58,945 bases of DNA, taken from contig JBDRMG010000021.1 of assembly GCA_043812495.1 (NCBI GenBank), positions 1 through 58,945 of the forward strand. Reading direction: 5' to 3'. The notes below the pieces were generated by a model, which was given only the letters and a program-made list of their open reading frames with translations, searched no databases and was not told the origin of the DNA. Below, one piece after another: positions 39,004 through 49,717 of the stretch. The stretch is from Candidatus Omnitrophota bacterium (GTDB lineage Bacteria; Omnitrophota; Gorgyraeia; Zapsychrales; JBDRMG01). A program made the translations under genes and the position numbers. How positions within the stretch are numbered: position 1 is the first letter of the stretch; each line of letters begins with the position of its first letter.

Positions 39004-40882
39004 CTTTTGTTCCTTGTTGTTTAATATGTTCAACGGACTCTTTGAGTAAGCGGCAATAAAGATCAAAGCCTACAGAAACGATTGTACCATGTTGCTGCTC
39101 GCCAAGCAAATTTCCTGCTCCGCGAATCTGCAGATCTTCAAGCGCGATGTTGAATCCCGAGCCGAGCTCGCTGTATTTTTCGATTGCCTTTAATCTGGAT
39201 TGAGCAACCGAAGACATCGCGCGGTACGGGGGGACGATCAAATAGGTATAGGCCTTGTAGAGATAGCGCCCCACGCGGCCGCGCAATTGATGAAGCTCGG
39301 AGAGCCCGAAGCGATCGGCGCGATTCACAATCAGGGTATTGGCATTCGGGATATCAATCCCTGACGCGATAATGGTCGTGCACACCAGGACATCAATTTC
39401 GCCTGTGAGGAATTTGAGCATAATTTCCTCAAGAAGCCTTGAGGGCATTTGTCCGTGAGCGACAGCTACCCGGGCGTGACCCGCTTTTCTCTTAATTATC
39501 ATAGCAATTTTGTCGATATCGTCAACACGGTTATGCAAAAAAAAGACCTGGCCCTTTCGCCTCAATTCCCGTTCGATGGCATCAACAATGAGATCTTCGT
39601 CAAATTCGACAATATGCGTCGAGACAGGGATGCGATTCTGTGGCGGCGTATTGATCACGGACATGTCTTTAGCTCCGCTTAAGGCCATATAGAGGGTCCT
39701 CGGGATGGGGGTTGCCGTAAGCGTTAAGACATCCACCAAAAGCCGTAGGTGTTTGAGTTTCTCTTTGGCGCGAACGCCAAAGCGCTGCTCTTCATCAATA
39801 ATGAGGAGTCCCAGGTCTTTGAAATGGATATCTTTGGATAAGAGTCGATGCGTTCCGATAACGATATCAACCCGTCCCTCGGCGACATCCCGGATGATCT
39901 TGGTCTGCTCAGTTTTGGTGCGAAAGCGGCTCAGCATCGCGACTTGCACGGGAAAATCTTTGAGTCGTTGCATGAAATTGTAATAGTGTTGTTCGGCGAG
40001 AATCGTCGTGGGCACAAGAATGGCCACTTGTTTATTATCCATAACGGTTTTGAAACTTGCGCGCATGGCGACTTCTGTCTTACCGTAGCCTACATCGCCG
40101 CAAATGAGTCGATCCATGGGATGTTTGGATTCAAGATCATCTTTCACTTGTTGCGTGCTGGTTTTCTGATCAGGAGTTTCCTCAAAAGGGAATTGAGTTT
40201 CAAATTCTTTCTGCCAAGGAGTGTCTTTTGAGAACGCGTACCCTTGAAGGCTTGCGCGCAAGGCTTGAAGATGGAGAAGCTCGGCGGCAAATCGTTGAAT
40301 GCGTTTTTGAATGCGCGCCTTGGTGCGCTTCCATTCTCCCGACCCTAATCGATAGAGGCGGGGCGGTTTTTTCGTGAATCCGATATATTTCTGAATCAGG
40401 TGCATATCGCTCTTAGGAACAAAAAGCCGGTCGCCTTGGGAATACTCAATGACAAGATGTTCGCGCCGCTCTTGAGGAAGAGCGAAATCCGTTAATCCGA
40501 GAAATTTGCCAATCCCGTGGTGATTATGAACGACATAATCCCCTTGCTGAATATCCACGAAGTTTTGCAGAGGCGTATCAGCCGTAAAGGTTTGTTTTTC
40601 TAAAGTTTTTTTAGGCAGGACGATAACGATATGATGCTGCCAAATACAGTCTCCTGTTTTGAGATTGACACTGAAAATCCTGCGAATCTGATTATGGTCA
40701 AGATCTATGCGAATCGGACAATCAAAATTGGTTGGAAAAACATCGATGATGCCTCCGCGCTGAGAGTATTCCCCTTCCCTGTAAACCTTAGGAACATGGG
40801 CATAGCCAAAAGCCTCCAGCTCTCTTTTGATGTGGTCTGTATCGATGTATTGTTCAGTAAAAAATTTTATGGATTTAAACAT
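38987..40882 (-). CDS. mfd: Transcription-repair coupling factor, minimal 631-aa form
   Basis: RGGIIDVFP (UvrB-like D2), GDYVVH..HGIG (RID), [20 protein letters not shown] and TRG motif [12 protein letters not shown]. Confidence 0.92.
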   Translation of the reverse strand: MFKSIKFFTEQYIDTDHIKRELEAFGYAHVPKVYREGEYSQRGGIIDVFPTNFDCPIRIDLDHNQIRRIFSVNLKTGDCIWQHHIVIVLPKKTLEKQTFTADTPLQNFVDIQQGDYVVHNHHGIGKFLGLTDFALPQERREHLVIEYSQGDRLFVPKSDMHLIQKYIGFTKKPPRLYRLGSGEWKRTKARIQKRIQRFAAELLHLQALRASLQGYAFSKDTPWQKEFETQFPFEETPDQKTSTQQVKDDLESKHPMDRLICGDVGYGKTEVAMRASFKTVMDNKQVAILVPTTILAEQHYYNFMQRLKDFPVQVAMLSRFRTKTEQTKIIRDVAEGRVDIVIGTHRLLSKDIHFKDLGLLIIDEEQRFGVRAKEKLKHLRLLVDVLTLTATPIPRTLYMALSGAKDMSVINTPPQNRIPVSTHIVEFDEDLIVDAIERELRRKGQVFFLHNRVDDIDKIAMIIKRKAGHARVAVAHGQMPSRLLEEIMLKFLTGEIDVLVCTTIIASGIDIPNANTLIVNRADRFGLSELHQLRGRVGRYLYKAYTYLIVPPYRAMSSVAQSRLKAIEKYSELGSGFNIALEDLQIRGAGNLLGEQQHGTIVSVGFDLYCRLLKESVEHIKQQGTKDDQDT

Positions 40883-40951
40883 CGGACATTAGAACGACGG
40901 CAGGTTAGCAAGGAAAATTGCTAAGCGTGGTACTTTTTGCGAGAAAAATGA

Positions 40952-43168
40952 TTAAAGTTTCTGCTTAATGATCTTTTGCCAAGCCAGGACCATGGGTGTT
41001 GCGATGAAAATCGTGGAGTAGGTCCCTGAAATGAATCCGATCATCAGGCATAACGCAAAGGTATTAAGGACTTCTCCGCCGGAAACAAATAACGTGACCA
41101 CAACCAGAAGAGTAGTCAAGGTCGTGATGATGGTTCGCCCAAGGGTCTGATTGACGCTGACGTTGAGTACTTCGCGCAGATCCATTTTTCGCATGCGCGG
41201 CAGGTTCTCGCGCACGCGGTCGTAGATCACAATCGTATCATTAATCGAATAACCGGCAATGGTCAAAAGGGCTGTGATCACCAGAAGATCGATTTGTCGG
41301 TTCAAAATGACGATCAGGCCAACAGTGAGAATAACATCATGCAATAAAGCAATAACACCGGCTGCCGCAAAATCAAAATGCTTAAAACGAAAGCCAACAT
41401 AGATCAAAATACCGACCAGGGCAAAAATGATAGCCAGTATGGCTTTTCTTCGCAGCAATTTTCCGACAACAGGACCGACCTTCTCGATGCGCATGATTTC
41501 AAAATGGTTAGCCGGTTCCATACTCTTTAAAACGGGAACTACTTTCTCGTAAGTGTCTTCGGATGTGCGGATGATAACATTTTGCGGGTTCTTCTCGAAT
41601 TGCTGAATTACGGCATCCTGGACGCCTGCGGCCTTGAGCGATGTGCGAAGGTCTTCGGCAACAACGGGACGATCAAATCGGTATTCCTGAAGTTGTCCTC
41701 CGGCAAAGTCAATTCCGTAAGCCGCTTCTTTCTTTGTGAAAATCATATAGAGCCCTGAACAAATCAAAATCAAGGACAAGACGTAGCAAATGTGACGCTT
41801 GGAAATAAAATCAATTTTTGAATCCCGAAAGATTTGAAACATGGGAAGCTTTTTGATGAGGCGAAAATGAAGCAGGGTGTCAAAGATTGTCCTTGTCACG
41901 ACAAAAGATGTAAAGAGACTGGCCAACAAGCCCATGGAGAGCGTGACCGCGAACCCTTTGATAGGTCCTGAGCCGAATTGAAAGAGAATAAGCGCGGCGA
42001 TCAGTGTGGTTAAGTTCGAGTCAAAAATGGCGCGAAAGGCTTTATGGTATCCGTTGCTGATCGCGGCTTGCAGAGGTCGGCCAATGGCAATTTCTTCTCG
42101 AATGCGCTCGCTGATGAGCACATTGGCGTCGACGGCCATGCCCAGCGTTAATATGATACCCGCTATACCCGGTAATGTCAGTGTGACTTGAGATTCCGGC
42201 ATGGTCACATTCAAAAAACCCATGATGCCAAGAATTAAGAATAGGTTAAGGACTAGGGCTATATCGGCAATGATCCCGGAAATTGAATAATAAATCATCA
42301 TAAAAATCAATACCAGAGCCCCGCCGATAATCGTTGCTTGTATTCCGGCGCGAATGGAATCGCGACCAAGAAGTGGGCCGATCGTCCTCTCTTCTTCGAT
42401 TCTCATAGGAGCCGGTAAAGCACCGGATCGTAATGACAAAGCCAAGAGCGAAGCTTCTTCAAATGTAAATATGCCCGATATTTCCGCTTTTCCCGATAGA
42501 ATGGCCTCACGGATATTGGGGGCCGAGATCACCTTGCCATCAATGACGATCGCAAGCCGCTCACCGACATGTTTCTGCGTTAATTTTCCAAATGTTTTCG
42601 AGCCTTCTGAATTCAAAGAAAGACTGATTTTGGGCTCCCCGAAACCTTGCTGATTGAAATCAACGCGCGCGTCCGTGACAGCTTCTCCTTTAAGGGATAC
42701 GGCTTTTTCGATTAATATTGGCTCCTCCTTGCCGTCCTTTTCTTTCATATTTTTTAACTCGTAACCTTGCGGGGCTTCTCCGGTCAGGGCCTGTTTCAAT
42801 TTCTTAGGGTCGGAATTAACGAGCCTAAATTCAAGCTGAGCGACTTTGCCGATGATATTAATGGCCGTGTCGCGGTCCGTGACACCCGGAAGTTGAATAA
42901 TGATATCGTCTTCGCCTTGGCGTTGAATCACGGTTTCGCCGACACCCAGACCGTCGATGCGGTTTCGCAAAATTTCCATTGCCCGCAAGACGGCATCGCT
43001 GCGGGCATTTTCGTCCAATTTTTCTGTTTCGACCTTAACGATGAGGTGCATTCCCCCTTTAAGATCCAAGCCCAGATTGATGCGTTTTTCCAAAGGAAAG
43101 GCAAAAAACAATGATGCCGCCAAAACACCAAGGATCAGAAGGATTTTTACCTTTAAATTCTTATTCAT
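40952..43168 (-). CDS. secDF: Fused protein translocase SecDF
   Basis: LGLDLKGG, GMAVDANV, GIDFAGG and GYSINDTIVIYDRVREN motifs. Confidence 0.96.
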   Translation of the reverse strand: MNKNLKVKILLILGVLAASLFFAFPLEKRINLGLDLKGGMHLIVKVETEKLDENARSDAVLRAMEILRNRIDGLGVGETVIQRQGEDDIIIQLPGVTDRDTAINIIGKVAQLEFRLVNSDPKKLKQALTGEAPQGYELKNMKEKDGKEEPILIEKAVSLKGEAVTDARVDFNQQGFGEPKISLSLNSEGSKTFGKLTQKHVGERLAIVIDGKVISAPNIREAILSGKAEISGIFTFEEASLLALSLRSGALPAPMRIEEERTIGPLLGRDSIRAGIQATIIGGALVLIFMMIYYSISGIIADIALVLNLFLILGIMGFLNVTMPESQVTLTLPGIAGIILTLGMAVDANVLISERIREEIAIGRPLQAAISNGYHKAFRAIFDSNLTTLIAALILFQFGSGPIKGFAVTLSMGLLASLFTSFVVTRTIFDTLLHFRLIKKLPMFQIFRDSKIDFISKRHICYVLSLILICSGLYMIFTKKEAAYGIDFAGGQLQEYRFDRPVVAEDLRTSLKAAGVQDAVIQQFEKNPQNVIIRTSEDTYEKVVPVLKSMEPANHFEIMRIEKVGPVVGKLLRRKAILAIIFALVGILIYVGFRFKHFDFAAAGVIALLHDVILTVGLIVILNRQIDLLVITALLTIAGYSINDTIVIYDRVRENLPRMRKMDLREVLNVSVNQTLGRTIITTLTTLLVVVTLFVSGGEVLNTFALCLMIGFISGTYSTIFIATPMVLAWQKIIKQKL

Positions 43169-43191
43169 GCCATATCCCCTTTTGGTTGCTC

Positions 43192-43476
43192 TTACGCTTC
43201 AGTCGTTTTCTTTTTTAATGCGCTGATGGCTTCTTTATCGATTTCGACTTTGACATTATCATCGATACGGACGATGACGGATGTATCTTTAACGTTGGCA
43301 ATCGTTCCATGAAGGCCACCGGCCGTGACGATTTCATCATTCTTTTTGAGATTGTTGATCATCTCTTTATGTTGCTTCTGCTTATCTTTCTGAGGCTTAA
43401 AGATTAAAAAATAAAAGATCAAAAAGATTAAAGCAAACTGCAATAAAACAGGATTGAATGATTGCTCCGGCGTCAT
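43192..43476 (-). CDS. yajC: Preprotein translocase subunit YajC
   Basis: IFYFLI.KPQ.....H..M...L..ND.IVT.GG.HG motif. Confidence 0.95.
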   Translation of the reverse strand: MTPEQSFNPVLLQFALIFLIFYFLIFKPQKDKQKQHKEMINNLKKNDEIVTAGGLHGTIANVKDTSVIVRIDDNVKVEIDKEAISALKKKTTEA

Positions 43477-43503
43477 GATGAGGTCCTTTCTGTCGACAAT
43501 ATC

Positions 43504-43752
43504 TTAGGTTTTTTTCGATTTTTTCACTAGGCTTCTTACCGTTTCGCTCATCCGCGCTCCTTTTTTCAGCCATTGATCAAGCTTAGCGTGATTGATCGAA
43601 ATTTGCGCCGGCTTCTTGGAAGGATCATAATAGCCCAAGATGTCAAGATGCCTGGAATCGCGTGAAGATTGTCGACTGATCGCGACGAAGCGAAAGTTAT
43701 AGCGTTTATTAGCTACTTTTCCTGCTTTTTGTAACCGAATACGAACTTCCAT
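43504..43752 (-). CDS. rpsP: 30S ribosomal protein S16
   Basis: VRIRL, RD...D.LGYYDP and WL.KGA..SETV..L motifs. Confidence 0.93.
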   Translation of the reverse strand: MEVRIRLQKAGKVANKRYNFRFVAISRQSSRDSRHLDILGYYDPSKKPAQISINHAKLDQWLKKGARMSETVRSLVKKSKKT

Positions 43753-43781
43753 GTTGACTCCTTTACTGTGGGTTATCGTTT

Positions 43782-45296
43782 TTATTCTAAATGTTTATGC
43801 GCAAGCTCAATAGCCGCAATTTGCGCTTTAGCCTTGTTGATTGTTTCGAAATATTCCTTTCTGGGATTTGAATCGGCAACAATACCCGCGCCCGCTTGAA
43901 TGTAAGCCAGGTTATTTTTCGCGACAATCGTGCGGATGGTGATGCAGGTATCCAGGTTGCCCGAGAAGCCAAAGTAACCGATGCATCCGGCATAGGGCCC
44001 TCGTTTGATGCGCTCAAGCTTTTCAATGATTTCCATGGCCCGGATTTTAGGAGCGCCAGAGACTGTCCCGGCGGGAAAGGCTGCGGCCAGGACATCGAAC
44101 ATGTCTTTTTGGGGTTTTAATGTTCCCACCACATTGCTGACAATGTGCATGACATGCGAATAGCGCTCAATGAGCATAAAATCAGAAACCTTGACGGTTC
44201 CCTGCTCGCAGACACGGCCAAGATCATTGCGGCCCAAATCCACAAGCATGATGTGTTCGGCCTTCTCTTTGGGATCATGGAGAAGTTCTTGAGATAAGGC
44301 CTGGTCTTCTTTTTCGCTTGCGCCGCGGGGACGCGTTCCGGCAATCGGCCGAGTTTCAACAATTCCGTTTTCGCAGCGCACGAGCATTTCCGGAGATGAC
44401 CCGATGATGCGAATCTCGTCAAAATTCAGATAATACATATAAGGTGACGGATTCAGTGATCGCAGCGTGCGATAAATATTCAAAGGATCTGTCCTGATTT
44501 TCATTTTGAAGCGCTGGGACAAAACGGTTTGTATGATTTCGCCGGCGCGAATATCCTTTTTGGCCTCCTGGACAATCTTTTTGAATTGCGCTTCGCTGAA
44601 ATTAGAACGGATCTTAAGGGTTTTGCGAAACGGTTTCTTGATACGCGTTTTTTTCTTTAAACGCAGAGGTCTTTGGAGCTGGACCACCAGACGGTTGATT
44701 TCTCTGGTCGCATGCCGGTAAGCCAGGGCACAGCGTGTTTTGCTTGCGCCTTTGGGAACATCAACGCACGAAACAACCTTGATCTTATGCGTTAAGTGAT
44801 CGAAGATCAGAAGATTCTTGGCTAGAACAAGGACAATATCCGGCAAGGATAAATCATCTTTGGTTATATTGGGAAGTTCTTCAAAGAATCGCACTGTATC
44901 GTAGCCGATATAACCCACCAGCCCTCCGCAGAAGCGCGGCAATCCGTCGATACTGACAAATTGGTAGCGCGACATGATCTCGCGTAAGAAGCTTAAAGGG
45001 GTGTCCATGGTTTTAAACTGATTCTTGGTGACCCTGTTTTTTTTGACTTGGATAAGCTCCACCGAGCGCCCTTTGCTTTTAAAAATCATTTCCGGATCTT
45101 TAGCCAGAAACGAAAAACGGGCTACCTTCTCTTCGCCTTCGACGGATTCAAGCAAAAAAGAATATTTCGAATTTTGCGTAAGCTTTAAATACGCCGCAAC
45201 AGGGGTTTCCAAATCGCCTAAGATTTCCCGATAGACAGGGATGAGATTCCCTTGCCGAGCGAGTTTCCTGAATTGTTTTCGTGAAGGATAAATCAT
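43782..45296 (-). CDS. trpE: Anthranilate synthase component I
   Basis: [26 protein letters not shown] and [11 protein letters not shown] motifs; ATGA overlap with hisI. Confidence 0.9.
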   Translation of the reverse strand: MIYPSRKQFRKLARQGNLIPVYREILGDLETPVAAYLKLTQNSKYSFLLESVEGEEKVARFSFLAKDPEMIFKSKGRSVELIQVKKNRVTKNQFKTMDTPLSFLREIMSRYQFVSIDGLPRFCGGLVGYIGYDTVRFFEELPNITKDDLSLPDIVLVLAKNLLIFDHLTHKIKVVSCVDVPKGASKTRCALAYRHATREINRLVVQLQRPLRLKKKTRIKKPFRKTLKIRSNFSEAQFKKIVQEAKKDIRAGEIIQTVLSQRFKMKIRTDPLNIYRTLRSLNPSPYMYYLNFDEIRIIGSSPEMLVRCENGIVETRPIAGTRPRGASEKEDQALSQELLHDPKEKAEHIMLVDLGRNDLGRVCEQGTVKVSDFMLIERYSHVMHIVSNVVGTLKPQKDMFDVLAAAFPAGTVSGAPKIRAMEIIEKLERIKRGPYAGCIGYFGFSGNLDTCITIRTIVAKNNLAYIQAGAGIVADSNPRKEYFETINKAKAQIAAIELAHKHLE

Positions 45297-45649
45297 GTTA
45301 AGTTCAGCTTTCGATAAAAGCAGCTTTTTCTTCCTGTGTGACAGGCGGCTCCGACTTGGCGGACCTTGATCAAGAGACAATCGCAGTCACAATCGTAAGC
45401 GATTTCCTTGACAAATTGGAAATGACCCGATGTCATTCCCTTAACCCAATACTCTTTACGGGAACGTGACCAAAAGCAGGTCTTTCCAAGTTTCAGAGTT
45501 TTCTTGATCGATGGCAAATTCATATACGCCATCATCAGGACCTCTCTTGTTTTACTATCCTGAATAATCGTTGGAATGAGCTTTTTGTCATTAAAGCGTA
45601 ATTGATTCAGGGTTTTTGGGGTAAGTTTGATATTTTCAATTTTTTTCAT
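45293..45649 (-). CDS. hisI: Phosphoribosyl-AMP cyclohydrolase
   Basis: WSRSR, DCDCD and ACHTG..SCF motifs. Confidence 0.95.
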   Translation of the reverse strand: MKKIENIKLTPKTLNQLRFNDKKLIPTIIQDSKTREVLMMAYMNLPSIKKTLKLGKTCFWSRSRKEYWVKGMTSGHFQFVKEIAYDCDCDCLLIKVRQVGAACHTGRKSCFYRKLNLT

Positions 45650-46401
45650 GATCGCACCATAATTGATTTCTGTTTCAGATATTCTTTGACTTTTGGTATA
45701 GGAATTTCATTATAATGAAAAATAGATGCAGCTAAAGCGGCATCCGCCCCGGTTTGATCAAAGACCTCAAAGAAATGTTCGCATCGACCCGCACCGCCGG
45801 AAGCGATCACGGGAATAGTGATGGCATCGCAAATCGCTTTGGTTAATTCTAAATCATAACCGTCCTTGGTGCCGTCGCGGTCCATGCTGGTTAATAAAAT
45901 TTCGCCGGCGCCAAAGTCTTGTACTTCTTTAGCCCAGCCAACAGCGTCTTTTTGCGTCGGCGTGCGTCCACCGTGGATATAGATATCCCAAGAGGTTTCG
46001 TTTCGCTTGGCATCGATCGCCACAACAATGCATTGACTGCCAAATTGATCCGACGCCTCCTTGATTAATGCAGGGCAATTCACGGCCGATGTATTGATGG
46101 ACACTTTATCGGCTCCGGCATTCAGTAAATCCCGAATGTCGAAGAGATTCTTGATACCGCCGCCGACTGTTAGGGGCATAAAAACCTCTTCCGCGGTTTT
46201 TTTGACAACATTAAGAATAATATTTCTTTTTTCATGGCTGGCGGTAATATCCAGAAAAATAATTTCATCTGCGCCTTGCTGATCATATATTTTAGCGACT
46301 TCCACCGGATTACCCGCGTCGCGAAGATTCAGAAAATTGACTCCCTTGACCACACGCCCGTCTTTAACATCCAGACAGGGGATTATTCTTTTTGTGAGCA
46401 T
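45646..46401 (-). CDS. hisF: IGP synthase cyclase subunit
   Basis: [15 protein letters not shown] and MDRDGTK.GYD motifs. Confidence 0.97.
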   Translation of the reverse strand: MLTKRIIPCLDVKDGRVVKGVNFLNLRDAGNPVEVAKIYDQQGADEIIFLDITASHEKRNIILNVVKKTAEEVFMPLTVGGGIKNLFDIRDLLNAGADKVSINTSAVNCPALIKEASDQFGSQCIVVAIDAKRNETSWDIYIHGGRTPTQKDAVGWAKEVQDFGAGEILLTSMDRDGTKDGYDLELTKAICDAITIPVIASGGAGRCEHFFEVFDQTGADAALAASIFHYNEIPIPKVKEYLKQKSIMVRS

Positions 46402-47114
46402 AGCCTGAGCGCATCCTTCAATTTAAAACAGTGTTCATAAAGCGCCTTGCCGACAATGACGCCTTCTAAGTTGTAAGATTTTAATTCAAGTAATTTCTTA
46501 ATATCTTCCAATTTTGAAATACCTCCGGATGCAATGATTTGAATGCTCACCGCGGAAAGCATCTCCTGGATTCCTTTGATATTGGGGCCGATTAACGTAC
46601 CGTCGCGGCTAATGTCCGTATAAATCAAAGTACTCAGGCCCAAATTCTGCAGTTCTTTGGCAAAATCCGTTGCTTTTAAATTTGATAAGGACGTCCATCC
46701 CTTCTTGGCGACGATGCCGCGCGAACAATCCAGGCTTACGACAATCTTTTCGCCCCATTTGCTGATAATGTTGGCCAGAAATTCTTTATCTTCAATAATC
46801 TTCGTGCCTAAAATGACACGGGCAACATTATTCCCCAAAAGACGCCGGATATCTTCCTCAGTGCGGATGCCGCCCCCGACTTCAATGGGAATATTAATAC
46901 CTTTCGCGATCTGCGCAATTAAGCCAAAGTTTTGCATCTGACCCTTTTCGGCGCCGTCTAAATCGACGACATGAAGTATCTTCGCTCCTGATTTTTCCCA
47001 TTGCTTGGCTGTCTTGACGGGATCGGAGGAATAAATTGTCATTTCGTCAAATTTACCTTGAGACAAACGAACAACTTTTCCTTCTTTAAGATCAATCGCT
47101 GGAATAATTTTCAT
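46383..47114 (-). CDS. hisA: ProFAR isomerase
   Basis: [25 protein letters not shown] and TDISRDG motifs. Confidence 0.96.
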   Translation of the reverse strand: MKIIPAIDLKEGKVVRLSQGKFDEMTIYSSDPVKTAKQWEKSGAKILHVVDLDGAEKGQMQNFGLIAQIAKGINIPIEVGGGIRTEEDIRRLLGNNVARVILGTKIIEDKEFLANIISKWGEKIVVSLDCSRGIVAKKGWTSLSNLKATDFAKELQNLGLSTLIYTDISRDGTLIGPNIKGIQEMLSAVSIQIIASGGISKLEDIKKLLELKSYNLEGVIVGKALYEHCFKLKDALRLCSQKE

Positions 47115-47115
47115 G

Positions 47116-47718
47116 TTATTTAAGTTGCGCAAAATTGCTTATTATTTTTAGCCCAACGGTCTGACTTTTTTCCGGGTGAAATTGAACACCGAATATATTT
47201 TCTTTATTGACCGAGGAGGTGAAGTCAAGACCGTAATCTGTTTTGGTTGTTATGATATTTTTATCTTTGGGATTCACAAAATACGAATGACAGAAATAAA
47301 CATAAGACCCGTCAGTGATGTCCTGGTAAATTTTGCAGGGAGGTTTCGCAATGTGAATCTGGTTCCAGCCCATGTGAGGAACCTTCAGAGCCTTAAATCG
47401 CGTCACGCAACCCGCAAGAATCCCTAATCCCTGCGTTTGGCCCCCTTCGTCGCTTGAATCAAAGAGCAATTGGAGACCGAGACAGATGCCTAAGAAAGGC
47501 TTTCCGTCGTTAATCACTTGATGAATCGACTCGATTAAGCCAAGACTGCGGAGTTTCTCCATCGCCGGTTTCATAGACCCGACGCCGGGCAAAACGACCT
47601 TAGCCGCTTGCTTGATCGCCACAGGATCCTGAGTAATGACAGCTTGGGAGCCGACCTTTTCAAAGGCCTTTTGGACACTGCGCAGATTACCTGAGCCAAA
47701 GTCGACAATGGCGATCAT
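47116..47718 (-). CDS. hisH: IGP synthase glutaminase subunit
   Basis: GNL.SV, GICLGLQ, PHMGWN and QFHPEKS motifs. Confidence 0.97.
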   Translation of the reverse strand: MIAIVDFGSGNLRSVQKAFEKVGSQAVITQDPVAIKQAAKVVLPGVGSMKPAMEKLRSLGLIESIHQVINDGKPFLGICLGLQLLFDSSDEGGQTQGLGILAGCVTRFKALKVPHMGWNQIHIAKPPCKIYQDITDGSYVYFCHSYFVNPKDKNIITTKTDYGLDFTSSVNKENIFGVQFHPEKSQTVGLKIISNFAQLK

Positions 47719-48329
47719 TAGTCAATAATGCCTTTGGTTGAAGGAATGCCTTTTCGCCGGGGGTCTATTTGCGTGGCTTGATCCAGAGCCATCCCCAGGG
47801 CCTTGAAAACAGCTTCCAAATTTGTATGAAGGTCATTGCTGACGTTTTCGATTTTCAAATTCATCGTGGCATCTAAAGCATGGGCAAAGGATTCGAGAAA
47901 ATGATCAAGATAGCTTAAGGCGTAGCCATCCTGGACGCCGGGATCAGAAAAAACCTTTTGTTCTTTATTAAATTTAAAGAACCCCCGGCCGCTAATGTCA
48001 ATGACAACCCGCGCGACCGTTGCTTCCATGCACGCCATGGCAGCGCCGAATCTTCGAATACCGATTTTATCGCCCAGGGCATCCTTAAAGGTCTTCCCGA
48101 GCACGATGCCCACATCTTCGTTGGTGTGGTGTATGTCTACATTGGTATCAGCCTTTTTCACATTGATCTGAAGATCAAAGAATCCATGAAAGGCGAAAAG
48201 TTCAATCATGTGATCGAGGATACCGATTTGGGTGTTAATTTTTGCTTTTCCTTCACCGTCAATGGACAAATTGGCGACGATATCCGTCTCTTTGCTTTTT
48301 CTCTCCACAGTCGATTTTCTTTTTTTCAT
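47718..48329 (-). CDS. hisB: Imidazoleglycerol-phosphate dehydratase
   Basis: R...ETDI, DHM, HHTNED, EAVFKA and PSTKG motifs; the ORF-track N-terminal extension runs through a repeat. Confidence 0.9.
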   Translation of the reverse strand: MKKRKSTVERKSKETDIVANLSIDGEGKAKINTQIGILDHMIELFAFHGFFDLQINVKKADTNVDIHHTNEDVGIVLGKTFKDALGDKIGIRRFGAAMACMEATVARVVIDISGRGFFKFNKEQKVFSDPGVQDGYALSYLDHFLESFAHALDATMNLKIENVSNDLHTNLEAVFKALGMALDQATQIDPRRKGIPSTKGIID

Positions 48330-48349
48330 AAGTCCCCTCTCTTCAATGA

Positions 48350-48460
48350 GGCCCGCACTTATGGACCCCGCTGCCCCGCATTTTGCGGGACAAGAAGCGG
48401 GGGAACATAAGTGCGAGGCCGAATTGACCCAGCCCGCCATTGATTCGGTGGCGGGCTGGG
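48350..48460. repeat. Nested REP-like palindromic element between hisD and hisB
   Basis: GCACTTATG..CCCCGC..CCCGC/GCGGG..GCGGGG..CATAAGTGC plus CCCAGCCCGCCATTGATTCGGTGGCGGGCTGGG. Confidence 0.8.
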
Positions 48461-48489
48461 ATAGAACAAATACAATCATAATTTTCCAC

Positions 48490-49716
48490 CTATTTGAATC
48501 GTATATTGACAGACTCGTAGTGTTTGGTCAGTCCTTCGATTTTGGCTACTTTTTCCAGCGGTTCGCGCACTTTCTCAAGAGCTTTTTTAGAATAAGAAAT
48601 GATGTGACCCGTTTTGATAAAATCAATCAGACACAAACCGGAAAAGAACCGCGCGGTCCCGAGTGTCGGCAGAACATGGCTGGGCCCGGCCACATAATCG
48701 CCCACAGCGATAGGGCTGTACGGACCCAGAAAGATTGCGCCGGCATTCTGGATTTTCTTGGCGATACTGGCCGGATTATTCGTCAATATTCCCAAGTGTT
48801 CAGGGGCTAGGCGGTTGGTGATCAGTACGGCCTCATCCATGTTCTTCACATAAATCCCAAAACCTTTGGGGACTTTGTTACGCACTTGTTTAAGTAATTC
48901 CTTTGATGTTGTGATCAGAATGGCTAATCCGCCTAAGTGTTCGGCTTGGGCCTCTAAATCCGCCACCACATAATCGGGATCGCTGTGCCGGTTGGCAATC
49001 ACGACCAATTCCGAAGGGCCGGCCAGCATATCGATATCCACATAACCGAAAATTTGGCGTTTGGCTTCGGTGACATACATATTGCCGGGACCGATAATTT
49101 TATCGACAGCTGGGATAGTTTTCGTGCCGAAGGCCAACGCGGCAATCGCTTGAGCTCCCCCGACTTTATAAATTTCGTTTACTTTTAATAAATTTGCCAC
49201 GGCCAAAATATAAGGATTGATTTGACCGTTTTTGTCCGGCGGTGTTGCGATAACGATGCGCTTGACACCGGCGACTTTGGCCGGAATGGCCGTCATATAA
49301 ACGGAAGACACTAATGGCGCAGTCCCGGCCGGAACATAAATCCCCACAGCTTCTAAAGGCTTTACGCTTTCTTTTAATAATACTCCTTCGGCTTGACTGC
49401 CGATGCGGCATGCCTTAATCTCTTGTTTCTTATAAAAAGCAGAGACATTGGCGATGATGGTTTTTAGCGCTCCAATAAAATCACTGGTGATATTCTGAAA
49501 AGCACAACTGATTTCACTCTCGGCCACTTTTAATTGCCGGGCATTCAACATAACCTTGTCGAAGCGTTTCGTATATTTGGCTAAGGCCTCATCGCCGTTT
49601 AAGCGCACATCTTCAATGATTTGGCGAACCTTGTCTTCGATATGGCGTTTTCTTGCGTACAGATGACGGTTGTAGAGTTTCTCAAGTCCCGGGCTGGATT
49701 GTTTTAATATTTTCAT
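48490..49716 (-). CDS. hisD: Histidinol dehydrogenase
   Basis: GGAQAIAA, GPGN.YV..AK, QAEH, APEHL and GDY.AGPSHVLPT motifs. Confidence 0.96.
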   Translation of the reverse strand: MKILKQSSPGLEKLYNRHLYARKRHIEDKVRQIIEDVRLNGDEALAKYTKRFDKVMLNARQLKVAESEISCAFQNITSDFIGALKTIIANVSAFYKKQEIKACRIGSQAEGVLLKESVKPLEAVGIYVPAGTAPLVSSVYMTAIPAKVAGVKRIVIATPPDKNGQINPYILAVANLLKVNEIYKVGGAQAIAALAFGTKTIPAVDKIIGPGNMYVTEAKRQIFGYVDIDMLAGPSELVVIANRHSDPDYVVADLEAQAEHLGGLAILITTSKELLKQVRNKVPKGFGIYVKNMDEAVLITNRLAPEHLGILTNNPASIAKKIQNAGAIFLGPYSPIAVGDYVAGPSHVLPTLGTARFFSGLCLIDFIKTGHIISYSKKALEKVREPLEKVAKIEGLTKHYESVNIRFK

Positions 49717-49717
49717 T

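Noticed and set aside
48330-48479. N-terminal extension of HisB
   Set aside because: It is a translation of the palindromic repeat; an RBS-like GAGAGGGG precedes the ATG at 48329.
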